This document shows positions 1-10,929 of a stretch of DNA of 64,000 nucleotides, piece by piece; position 1 is the stretch's first letter; each line of letters starts with the position of its first letter. Under the pieces are notes generated by a model. The model saw nothing but the letters and a program-made list of their open reading frames with translations, was not told the DNA's origin and did no database searches. The position numbers were made by a program, and so were the translations under genes. Origin of the DNA: Lama guanicoe (lineage: Eukaryota); assembly GCA_013239625.1 (NCBI GenBank), contig MU054400.1, forward strand, positions 169,146-233,145, in the 5' to 3' direction.

Positions 1-327
1 GAAATTAAAACAGATTTAAAAATAACAAAATATCCATTAATAAACATTATTCAGTGAGAAGAGTGCCATTGTTTTACATTTTTGTAAATCTCTTTAATGT
101 CTGGCTTAATAAATGACAGCAGAATTCTTACAAATGCTTCTGCATTCAAACATAATATCACACACCATGCAACCTCTGGAAACTCCATATATAGTTGTGA
201 AAGATTGAGAGTTAAAAAGGGCAAATAGCATCTTAGTATTATTATGAAAATAATTTTGACCTTGCAAACCCCATAAAAGGATTACAGGACTCCCAGGGGT
301 TCCAAGATCACACTTTGAGAAGCATTG
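1..327. mobile_element. hAT-Charlie DNA transposon remnant (Charlie1-like terminal part)
   Basis: Contains 'tttacatttttgtaaatctctttaatgtctggcttaata' and ends '...gatcacactttgagaagcattg', as recalled for the Charlie1 terminus. Confidence 0.75.
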
Positions 328-847
328 CCTAGGAGAAATAGCTGATTTCATGTTCGAGTTAGGGAATGTAAAAGAAGCCTGGAAAATCTTGCCTTAGAAG
401 AAAGCAGGGAAGTTTTTAAAGACTAGTAGGACCATGTCAAGAGGAGCCAACTTTAATAGACTTCCACTGGCCAAAAATGGAATGATTTGAGCATCAATAA
501 GTATAGTGACTTCAGTGGAATGAAAAATATCAAATACATTCACATACATGAGTTCATAATGATTTTTTTAAGAAGCCTCATTGGTCACTTTTTGATGGTG
601 TTAGGGAAACAACTCATTATTTTGAAAACTAATAAATAGAGGGAAGATCAAGCATTTTTCTGGCCTCTCTATATAAATAGCATCTTAGAGCAACAAAATA
701 GTTGATGAGGAGGGAATTTATTCAAGGAAGCATAAAAATCTAATACAAGAAGAATGGATGGCAGAGTTAGAATATCACTATTTTACAAACATTAATAAAT
801 CAATGCCCTAATCATCAGTAGAAGCTGACATCTCAGAAAGAAAGGAA

Positions 848-866
848 CTGCGCCTCCTGGTGGAAG
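848..866 (-). promoter_or_regulatory. CTCF-like motif
   Basis: Minus strand reads CCACCAGGAGGCGC (850-863), close to the CTCF core CCASYAGRKGGCRS, with its CpG retained. Confidence 0.4.
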
Positions 867-952
867 GCTGCCTCAGTGCCTGTGACGCAGCCTTGCCAAA
901 CAAAAATACTGAAACTGAATCAGATCAAGTTTCTAGATCTAACCACTGATTT

Positions 953-1207
953 AAATGAAAAATAGTATCTACAAATTTCGAACTCCCAGTCTGTCCCTGT
1001 ATATATAGAATAGATAGACAAGATTATACTGTATAGCACAGGAAAATATATACAAGATCCTGTGGTAGCTCACGGTGAGAAAGAATGTGACAATGAATAT
1101 ATGTATGTTCATGTATAACTGAAAAATTGTGCTCTACACTGGAAATTGACACAACATTGTAAAGTGACTATAACTCAATAAAATAAAATTTAAAAAAGGA
1201 AAAATAG
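953..1207 (+). mobile_element. Young 5'-truncated, 5'-inverted L1 3' end with target-site duplication (TSD)
   Basis: 999-1195 is L1 3'UTR plus A-rich tail. 963-998 is the reverse complement of the adjacent upstream L1 segment (compare 63907-63942). TSD aaatgaaaaatag (953-965) / aaaggaaaaatag (1195-1207). Confidence 0.85.
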
Positions 1208-1349
1208 GGGAGAGGAAACTCCTTATAAAACACCCAAATGATACATTCAGAAAAATCTGGATTGTAGAAACTTTAGACAAACGACTCAGTTTCTTGAACA
1301 AAAATAAAGGCATGGGAGAGAGAGAAAGACAGAGAAACACCCCAAAATT

Positions 1350-2345
1350 AAGAGAAATAAAAATGAGAAAACAAACAATCCAATTAAAAAATTGGCCAAA
1401 GACCTTAACAGACACCTCACCAAGGAAGATACACAGATGGCAAGTAAGCATATGCAAAGATGCTCCAGATCATATGTTATGGGGAAATCCACATTAAAAC
1501 AATAAAGTACCATTGCACACCAATTGGAATGGCCAAAATGCGGAACACTGACAACACCAAAAGCTGGGGGGAAGGATGTGGAGGAACAGGAACTCTAATT
1601 CACTGCTGTGAATGGCACAGCCACTTTGGAAGACTTTTTGGAGGTTTCTTACAGAACGAAACATTCTCTTACCATAAAACCCAACAATTTCGTTCTTTGG
1701 TATTTAACTGGAAGAGCTGAAAACTTATGTCCACACACACACACACAAACTGCACACAAATGTTTATGGTAACTTTCAACTTTATCCACAACTGCCGAAA
1801 CTTGCAAGCAACCAAGATCTCCTTCAGTAGATGAATAGGGAAATAAACTGTGGTCCATCCAGACAGTGGAATATCATTCAGGGCCAAAAAGCAATGAGCT
1901 ATCAAGCCATGAAAAGACATGGAGGAATCTTGGTTGCATATAACTAAGTGAAAGAAACCAAGCTGAGAAGACTACATACTATATGATATCAACCGTATGA
2001 CATTCTGGAAAAAACAAACCTGTGGACATAATAAAAAGATCAGCGGTCCAGGGTTGGTAGTGGGGAGATGAATAGGCAGAGAACAGGATTTTTAGGGCAG
2101 TGAAAACATACTATTATAATGATGGCTATGTTATTGTACTGTATGATATGCTGCATGATACTATTATATGATACTATCATAGTTATGGATATGTTACTAT
2201 ACATTCGTCCAAACACAATGAATTTGCAACACTAAGAGTGAACACTATGGACTTTGGGTGATTATGATGCATCAATGTAGGTTCATCCTTCGTTTAAAAA
2301 AAAATACTATTCTGGTGAGTGATGTTGATAATGATAATAGCTACA
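1350..2345 (+). mobile_element. L1MC1-like ORF2 3' end and 3'UTR
   Basis: ORF track peptides ([39 protein letters not shown]) are degraded L1 ORF2 C-terminus. 'gagctatcaagccatgaaaagacatggaggaatctt' is typical of L1MC1/2. Confidence 0.8.
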
Positions 2346-4249
2346 TTTTGGACTAAAACTTTGCAGCCTTCTTAGATTAGCGCTCTCAACTTTGTGATGA
2401 TGAGATGCTAACAATTGCTGGTGACGTATGTAAGTCCCTGAGTGCTTAATTATCCCCAGCGGGACTGTGTTTAGGTCCTCAGTGAGGTATTTGATAACCC
2501 AAATAAGTGTTCCCTTTGTGAGTGGAGTTAAAGACCTCTAATAATTTCTACACTTTGGCGCCTTCATTCTGCCTCGCTCTGGAAACGTACTATATTTTCC
2601 TCCACTTCCCACCACCACCACATTTAAAAAGGAAAAGAAAAGAAAGAAATGAAATCAATATTGTTTGCAGAAATATATTCTTATGCCATAGCTACTGCCT
2701 ACTATATTTCCACCCTTTCCGTTTACCGATGACTGTGAAGCCCATCAAAATGAGCTGAATAAAAGTAAAGCACAATGGGGGAGCAGGTCCAGTTCAGCTC
2801 ACAAAGTCAAGTGGTTGGCAGCACCCGGGTAACTACTGGATAATCCCACAAGAGGGCACTCTAGCTTTCTGAAAAATACAATCAATTAAATTGGGTTTTA
2901 TATAAGGTCTCATTAACCAGCCCACAAAACTTGGAAGGAGCTAAGACATGATGGGAGGGAAAAGAAGAGGCCAGGAGATAAAGTGAAAAGTTGTCTTCTG
3001 TCAGTAAACTTACTTCCAACTTTGGATCTACTACAGGTCTACCCTTCGGGCTGTTTTTAAAAGCCAGCTCGGTTTGATCCCTGGAAGACTGCACAAGTTG
3101 GGGCAGGTGTGAGATTGAGGCCATAGGTTTGAGGTGGTGTGGGACGCCTCCACCAAGTCTGCCTGCCAGCAGGAATTGAGATGAGCGTTCCATATCAAAG
3201 TTCCCTTTCCTTCATTCAGCCGAAAGTTAAAAGCTTTTGTGCTATCTTCGTTTTAAGTACCACTTCAGGCTAGTACTGAAAAAAATACTTAATTTCTAAC
3301 TCCCTTCATCAAGATTCTTTCATCTCATTCTGTTGCTTTAAAGAAAAACCTTGTATCACCCTACCACACAACGCATCATTATTTCCAAAAGGGCAAAGGG
3401 GAAGAGCATGCTTGCTTATGTTGATCAGAAATATCTGTGAAGATGCTTAAGAGGGGACATTCTCCTACAAATCTGTACTCTGAAGCTTTTTTCCTTTTAA
3501 ATTAGTGTTATAGGGTATATAGAAACTAATATAATGAGCAACTTTTATGGTGACAATCATTACTAATAGAGGCAGATCACAACTGTGTGCCAGAGATACC
3601 ACTTTGAGTTGAACCCTTAGTTGAGCATTATACTTTCTATCTGTGCAGTATGCTTGGCATGACTCCAACTGTCTTAATTTCCTTCTGAGATTGGTAGGGA
3701 AGACTAAGTTGTTTGACGTCTGAAGCATTTAGGAGTCCACGACAATACCCATTTGCTCAAGTTTTTACTTCCTGTCGGACGCCTGCACTTTCAGAGGCAA
3801 GTGATGCCAATCAGAAATCACCCTAGAAAGAGCGACTGATGAAAACTACTAACCCATAACACAGAAGGTATCCTCAAGTTCTCTACAAGAATGTCTACAT
3901 TTTATGTTTTCATTTCAATGATAATTTAAAAAATTTAAGGGGCACAAATGCTAAATCACTTCAACAACCACCTTGTAACCAAATACCCAAATCTGCATGT
4001 GTGTTTACAACTGCATGGGAGCCAAGCAGAGGCCACGTGATGTTATACACACTACACGAATAAAGGCTTCACAGTCATCTGGACGCAGGGAGGTGGTACA
4101 CGGAGCCACCTCACAGCACACAGCACTGCACAGCACAGATCCTATCTTTATGTATATGGTGTATATGCAACAGTGCATTCAATAACTGAGGTAATAAATA
4201 GGCAAAATGAAAAAGTTTTCACTATGCCTTTTTGTTATTAGAATATTAT

Positions 4250-4705
4250 GTTATTATTGCAATTTGGAGGGTGCTATGAAGCAGATCAGCCCAATAAGAC
4301 AATCAGTTGGTTAAAATTACTTTCATTGTTTGAAAGGAAAAATAAAAAACAATGCTCAATAATTCAATATTCCAGCATGTTCAAAATCAAGGCAATATAC
4401 AATGAAGTGGAAAATCAGAAAGATAAGATTCCATTATTCAACCCAACAGCATTGTTTTTGTTTTATTAAAATATATCCATTTTTAAATTTTATTAGTGTT
4501 ATACTTTTGCTCTCTCTTAACTTATAAATCAATTTCTGTTTTATAGTTGAAGCAGAATATATATAGTGAGGTTATATGTAATTTGTGTTTGTGCATACTT
4601 AAGTAAAGTTATAATGAAAATTATTTCATTCTAAGAATATGCAAGAATTTGTCTTGCTTCCGTTAAAAGGGATTATTCACATTACTCAAATTTGAAAAAC
4701 ACGGT
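4250..4705. mobile_element. Possible hAT-Charlie DNA transposon remnant
   Basis: AT-rich; ends 'aaaagggattattcacattactcaaatttgaaaaacacgg', resembling Charlie-family termini. Confidence 0.35.
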
Positions 4706-4729
4706 TGTAAACATCATATAGGTTTATTT

Positions 4730-4845
4730 CTTATAACTATATAATTATAATGTATAACTATATAACTATATATTATTAGCATATATAAATTGTAACTATA
4801 TATAACCATATATTATTAATCTATATAAAGTATAAAGTTAATAAT
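4730..4845. repeat. AT-rich degenerate tandem repeat (tataac/tatata units)
   Basis: Repeated 'tataactatatattatta' / 'tataaccatatattatta' seen directly. Confidence 0.7.
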
Positions 4846-5630
4846 GACCAACAGGGAATAAACTAAGGAAAAAACAGAGTGAGCATGTAGTCAGATGAAC
4901 AGCTGTGCAGCTTTCTGAGGACTAGAGTGACAACTAACTTTCTGTAAGATCTAGTATTCTTAAACGTAAGAGGTCATTCTTTTATTTTAACCTGGTAAAT
5001 TACATTTCACAAATGATACATTTCACAAAGCACCAGGGCAAGGTGTTTAAGTGCAGGGGTTTCTTAAGTCTGCCAGAACAGTTTTTCTTTTCTTCCTTCC
5101 TTTCTTTTTCATTTTCTTTTTCCCTCCCACAAGCAACTAATTTTGTTTTTTCCCTCTTAATTTTAGTTGGTTTTCTCAGATGACAGAGATGGCTTTTGGA
5201 GGAAGGGAGGGAGGTGGAATCTGAATCATACCAATATATTATAACACAAATTTACAAAATAATTGATAAACTTTGTCTTCACTTTTTACTTACTAGATCT
5301 GACGTAAGTCTTTAGGTCCTTATTATTAGTAATAAGAAGTATTGTTTAAAATTTTGGAATTAACATTAAAACTCTTCATTATTATGAAAATGCAGCTGTC
5401 TTCTGTTTGAGTTTTTGAAATAATATTTTATTTTTTTGCTGCTCATAAATTATCTTTGATCTCCACACACTTGGTTTGGTGTGTTCATGGGTTTCTGTAA
5501 TGAAATGAGTGATGGGATATGTGAATGGCTTCCTTTGTTCTCTTTTCTGTACTCATGCATTTCATAAGCATGAAGACACAGTGTTCGAAAGCCAGAAGAG
5601 TTATTGTTATTCCCCCCTTCCTCACTTATG

Positions 5631-5666
5631 CACGCACGCGCACACACACACACACACACACACACA
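5631..5666. repeat. (CA)n microsatellite
   Basis: cacgcacgcg followed by (ca)13. Confidence 0.95.
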
Positions 5667-6009
5667 GATAGATTCGGCCTAATTCAGATAATACCACAAC
5701 CACTATCATCAATTTATTTATCTGGCAAATTTAAATGAAGAAGCAGTAAATCTAGGCTGAGCCCAATAAAATGGAGAGTGGAGGTATAAAACTGGATAAA
5801 ATCCTTTCCTTAATATTTATTTTAGCCAGAATTATACCAATGCTTATTAGCATTGCTCAATTCATTTAAGGTCACCTGGACTATTTAACCGCGTCTTTAG
5901 GGAAGGAACATTTCACACGCTGATTATACCAATATTTACTCGATGAAAACAATGTGTATTTTGTGGGTAAATCTTAATCATAGTACCTATTATTGACACA
6001 GAATTTCCC

Positions 6010-6170
6010 AGTTTGTAAAGCACTTTCACGGTTGTGTTATGTTTCATGCTCACAGCAACCTTGTGAGTCTGTGTTTTTTGTCTACTGTGAGTTGTCTAGA
6101 GAAATTAGGGTCAGAGGAAATGGTGTACTTCGTTTCTTCCCAAGCTACTCAAGATTCAGTGAAACACTCT
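6010..6170 (-). mobile_element. MIR SINE remnant
   Basis: 'aagcactttcac...atgctcacagcaaccttgtgag...agaaattagggtcagagg' matches the antisense MIR core. Confidence 0.5.
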
Positions 6171-6913
6171 GAATCCCCTCCTCTTAAAAAGGGAGGAAAG
6201 AAGCCTATTTACTTGTTTTAGTGGATCAAGAACAAAAAGAAATCACGTGCCTGGACATTTTCTACTGCTCTTGGATATGGTTGGTATAAATGCACGATCA
6301 GTGGCTCCTCTTGGGTGGAAGGCAGAAGTCACAAGGTCACCTTAGGTCTCAAAGTATCACCTGAACTAGTGGGATGTAACCCCTCCCACAGCCGTCCCAT
6401 GGCTGTGCCTGGAACACCTACTTTTATCAGACAGAGGGCAGCTCCTCACTGGCCCAAATCCCCCAAGGCTACATCAGAAGCTAAGGCTTACTTTTTATCG
6501 GCCAATTTACTCACAAGAACTCCTAAGAGAAGCAAGAGACTTAATTACAATGGGCTCAATTTAGTTTCTCTTATGCAGGGAGAAAAGGTTTCAATATCAA
6601 AATCCAAAGCATTCCTGTGGCCAAGTACAGTTTTTTCTAATTTGTTTACTTCAAACCGTGTATCATAATAATATTCCTCCATTTTCAAATGTGTGTCTTA
6701 CTTCTACTTTCAAAGTTATGTCTTACCATGTGTGAATATGTAATAAGCACTCTGCTACAATTGTTTATTTATAATAATATATAATTTTCATTGATCAGAT
6801 TCCTTCTAAGATCTCATAACATACCACCAAATCTTGGTAATTTGTGAGTGCTTATAGAAACCATCTATGCATCCAATTATTCAGTAAACATTTTATTTGG
6901 TGTTTCACGTACA

Positions 6914-7471
6914 TGTATGGGAGCAAAATTTGCCACTCCAAAATGTGTCTTTTTTGACGATTAATTTAAACCGATTATGTTTAAAGCCCAAGAGACTCAA
7001 GAAGAACCTTTAATCTTCTCCCTAACTGCCAAAAAGAATGTTGACAGAGGACCTGTTCCAGGAAGGGAGCTATAGATAATCATAGATAATTATAGCATGC
7101 ACTAGGTATGGTAGACAGGGAAGAACTTAGCAAAGCCTATTAAAATTCTTCTCTGTGTCCTATTATCTCTGCATGGCCCAGCAAGCATTTGTTTAACAAA
7201 CTTCAGCTATTCTATCTCCATGTGAATTGCCTTCCTCCCCTCTGAAGTCCCAAACCACTGTCCCCAACATCCACTTTTGTCTTTAGCTGAAGATGGTATT
7301 TAAGGTGATGGCTTCACTCATTTTGGAAGTTACTCAGTTCTCCTGGGTCTCTCCCATGTATACATGCTATTAAACTTTTGTGTGATTTTCTCCTGTTAGT
7401 CTCACGTCAATTTAATTCTTAGATCAGCCAGAAGAACCTAGAAAGGTAGAGGGAAATTGCTTCCTCCCCAA
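6914..7471 (+). mobile_element. ERV1-class solo LTR (MER34-like)
   Basis: Starts TG ('tgtatgggagcaaaatttgccactccaaaatgtgtc'); has an 'attaaa' polyA signal near 7369; ends 'ccagaagaacctagaaaggtagagggaaattgcttcctcccc'. Confidence 0.75.
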
Positions 7472-7833
7472 GGAATCCACAGTTAACATGGGAGCCAGAT
7501 AAGTGACAAATACTTACAATACGCAAGACATAGAAGTGACATGTATCTGGTATCGTGTCTGCACAAGGGAAGGATCGATCAGCTACCTGGGTGAGGCTTT
7601 ACAGAAGGTGAAAGAAGAGGACCTAGAAGGATGAGGCAGTGTCATCGGGCAGACGAGGAGAGAGGGTACTCAAGGACGAAGCACAGACTAGTACTTTGCA
7701 TTATCTCTGAGTGTTTAGATTTAGGAGCAGAGCGTTCAGTCAGACCCTCCCTCAGCTTGAAATGCCCATGGGTGTGCCATCGGGGAAACGTGAATGATGG
7801 CAGGTGCCAGAAGAAAAATGATTAGGTAAGTCT

Positions 7834-7901
7834 AGCTTGTCTATTATTAATTACTAATAATAGACAAAGCTTGTCTATTATTAATTATTAATAATAGACA
7901 A
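7834..7901. repeat. Tandem duplication of a 34-bp unit, each containing a 31-bp palindrome
   Basis: agc-ttgtctattatta-attac-taataatagacaa followed by agc-ttgtctattatta-attat-taataatagacaa. Confidence 0.95.
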
Positions 7902-8743
7902 TATTTGGCCCAGGAGCACTGGCCAGTTCAATCTGGCTTCAAATCTAAATCCTAGTGACAGTTTTCAAAGCTCTAGTAACTTGCCTTCACCTTGTCTATG
8001 CTGCTTAATTTCATCTTCCTCTATCTCTAACCTATAAGACCAGTCGTCTTTCTACTAAAGAGTATCTCCTTATTCACCCTGCTTTCTTTGCCTTCTGCCA
8101 CTTCCCTGCTTCATCCCTGCTGGTCCACAATTTAGCTAAAGTCCTGGCTCCTCTGTGGCCCAGTGATTTCAGTTTCTTTTGCCCATTTAAAGGATTCCTT
8201 GTATGTTAAATCTGTGCCAATATTGCTTCCACAAATGGCTCAGGTGAAGGATTTTGCTAATATCCCACCCTGCCTAGTCTGAATACACCTGGAACACCGC
8301 AGACTAAATGGAGACAGACACATAACCATATCTTGCAGGACATCTTGGAAAAGGGCTAATTGAGCAGTTTAGTTCTCCTGAAACAATGTATGATAACATT
8401 AGTAAATGTCTGGTGGCCCAAGCTGACAAGCCCTAGTTTCCATTTCCCGTATTGTAAACACTTCACACCGAGGTCACTGTGTCTCCAGCTGTGGGAAGCA
8501 TCTCTGTCCAAGTTTCATTATCTCCGTTCTGACCCCATATGCTAAAACCCTGTCAGGAAGCACTCTGTGGTTCTACTCTCAGCTGTTCTGCAAGATGTTT
8601 TCAGAATTCCTCAACCTTGTGCTTACCCTGAAACCTGGAGAAAAGAGTCAGAATATTCACCAAGGTCTCTGAAGGAAATTTAGATCTTATTACCTTTTTC
8701 TCACCTCATCTTCTTTCTTTTCCTCCATTGTTTCTTCTCTCTT

Positions 8744-9150
8744 GTATTAATCAGGGTAATTAACAAATAGTCCCCAAGTCTCACTGGCTTAAAATGATGA
8801 AAGCATATTTCTCGCCCACATTTCAGGTTGTAGGGATGAGAGGGGAAGGGTAGGCTCCACACAGACACTGAAGTTACCCAAGCTGATAAAAGTTCCCATG
8901 GTCTGCATGGCCAATGACATTCACCAGATTGAGGGTGCTAGGGAGACAAAAGAAACATGGCAGGTGGTGCAGGATATTTTAAGAGTCAGGACTGGAAGGG
9001 ATGTATATCATGTCCATCCACATTCCATTTGCCAGAATTCAATCACAGGACCCCACTTAACTACAGGGGATGATGCAATATGTAATTTTCCAGGAAGTTT
9101 CCAGGAAGAGGATGAAATGAGTTTGGTGAACAAATCTTCCATCCCATTTG
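8744..9150 (-). mobile_element. MaLR LTR (MLT1K/J-like)
   Basis: 'tgtattaatcagg...taacaaatagtccccaagtctcactggcttaaaa' and 'cacattccatttgccagaattcaatcacaggacccc'. Confidence 0.7.
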
Positions 9151-10929
9151 GTTAAGGAGCCATTTCTATATACCCCTCCTTAGAGGCCTGATCTCTCCAA
9201 CCAGTTCAAGGAAACACCCTTTGACACCTCACACAGTTCCATCAATGTGTTTGATGGGTCATCTTCAGTGACGTTTGTGACAAACATCTTAATCCTATAT
9301 CATACACTGTCTTGTATAATTCTCAGATTGTCTCACACATCCATTTCCTAATTCTTCAGTGAGATTTCATGGTGGAGGGGGTGGCAGTGTGAGAGGAGGC
9401 AGGCTAGAAGGGGCTGTTTTCAACAGGAAGGGAAAAAAGTAAACAACTTACTACTTTGAGAAACTTAATTGAATGTGAATCTACAGATTATATTATCAAA
9501 TTAATCAGTGCAGGAATTTCAGTGAAAAGATATTTATTTCTGAGCAGACTAAGGAACTGTTAACTTGGATTTAGAGGTAGTAAGAGGTGTTCTTAAAATT
9601 TTAAGATAAAAATTTTAAATTTAATTAATTTACTTTTTTATTAAAAAAGACCCTCAAATGTAAGGTCTTACAGGATGCACTCGTGGTTTCATAGTTAGAG
9701 GATTCCACTAGATGGCCCTGTTTCAAAATACTGCAAAGCTGGAGATGATCAGCTTTCTGATGCATTGCAACTCTCATACCTTTACAAGTATTTAGGGCAC
9801 TTCATTATCAATTGTAGCTGATTTTTCAAAAATACTATTGATGTGGCAAATCTCATCTTTTAGTACGACATGGAAACTGTTTTGGTAAAAGAATTTAACC
9901 TAACGTTTTCTTCCCAGAGAGTATTTTGTTCTGAACAGATCATTTACAATGAACAACCCGGCAACACTGAAATGACAACCTGTCCCCCGAAGTGCAGAAT
10001 CAGCAGTGATGCCGGGAGAGTCCAGAAAGCAGCCTGAGCTGAAAATTTCCCCTGCTCCAAGTGGATTTTAAAACCAACACAGATTCTACTCTTCCTTTTT
10101 TTCCAGCTCTATTTTGAGACACACATTTCAAAATCCCTAAAGTTATTCTGCTATGTCCTATGGATTCTGACAAGTCCAAATAAGTCAAAATCGCCCAATT
10201 AAAATATTCTCTGAAACTAAAATGGGATGATTATAATAAAAAGCTGCAAATCCAGCATTTAGCAATCAGAGCCTGGTAGCTGCCACTATAAGGCATCTCC
10301 AGACTTGCTGACGAGAGAGGACAGATGACACTAGTGTCTTTTTTCCTATGTGAGCATCCATTAAAACTGGCATCCTTTGTATCAGGAACTAGCTCTCGAT
10401 GCAAGAAAGGAGTTCATCTGATTAAAAATAAAGTCAAGGAAATAGATAGTGGGCCCTGACTCTCCCCTTCCTCCCCTTCCCCAACCTTCAGTCCTGTTCA
10501 AAGGACATTGATGGTGGCGTCTCCTACCACTTCAGCTCTCAGAATCCCTCTAGCAAATCTGATAATAGCAGCATTGGTTTGTTCCCAGAAACAAAAGAAG
10601 TCAACACCAGAGCCTTCTTCCTCTACTCTTGCCATCGTTCGGGATGCCTCCTATATTTAAATGGCGCCCTCACACTTTACTCCACATTCCTAAACCAGTC
10701 TAATACAGATCCATAACTGCAGACTAGAAATCAGACTACATTCAGGCTAGAATAACTTCCCACCAACACCGTGGTCATCTGAGTTATCTTAGACATTATA
10801 TTGAAAACATTTCTCATCCTGGTTCTTCCAAATTTATATCCTTAGCCATTAAATTCTAGACCTCAAAAATCACACAGTTGTGTGTCCAGAGAGTTGAGCG
10901 ATTAAGTTTGGCCAAGCTAATGTGTATGT

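Larger units (their letters stand above)
335..1330 (+). mobile_element. Ancient L1M (L1MC-like) 3' fragment, interrupted at 953-1207 by a younger L1
   Basis: Motifs such as 'cttccactggccaaaaatggaatgatttgagcatcaataag' resemble L1MC-type 3' regions; similarity resumes after 1207. Confidence 0.55.

Noticed and set aside
7834..7901. CRISPR-like or terminator-like repeat
   Set aside because: Mammalian DNA; only two abutting units, no spacers and no cas genes.
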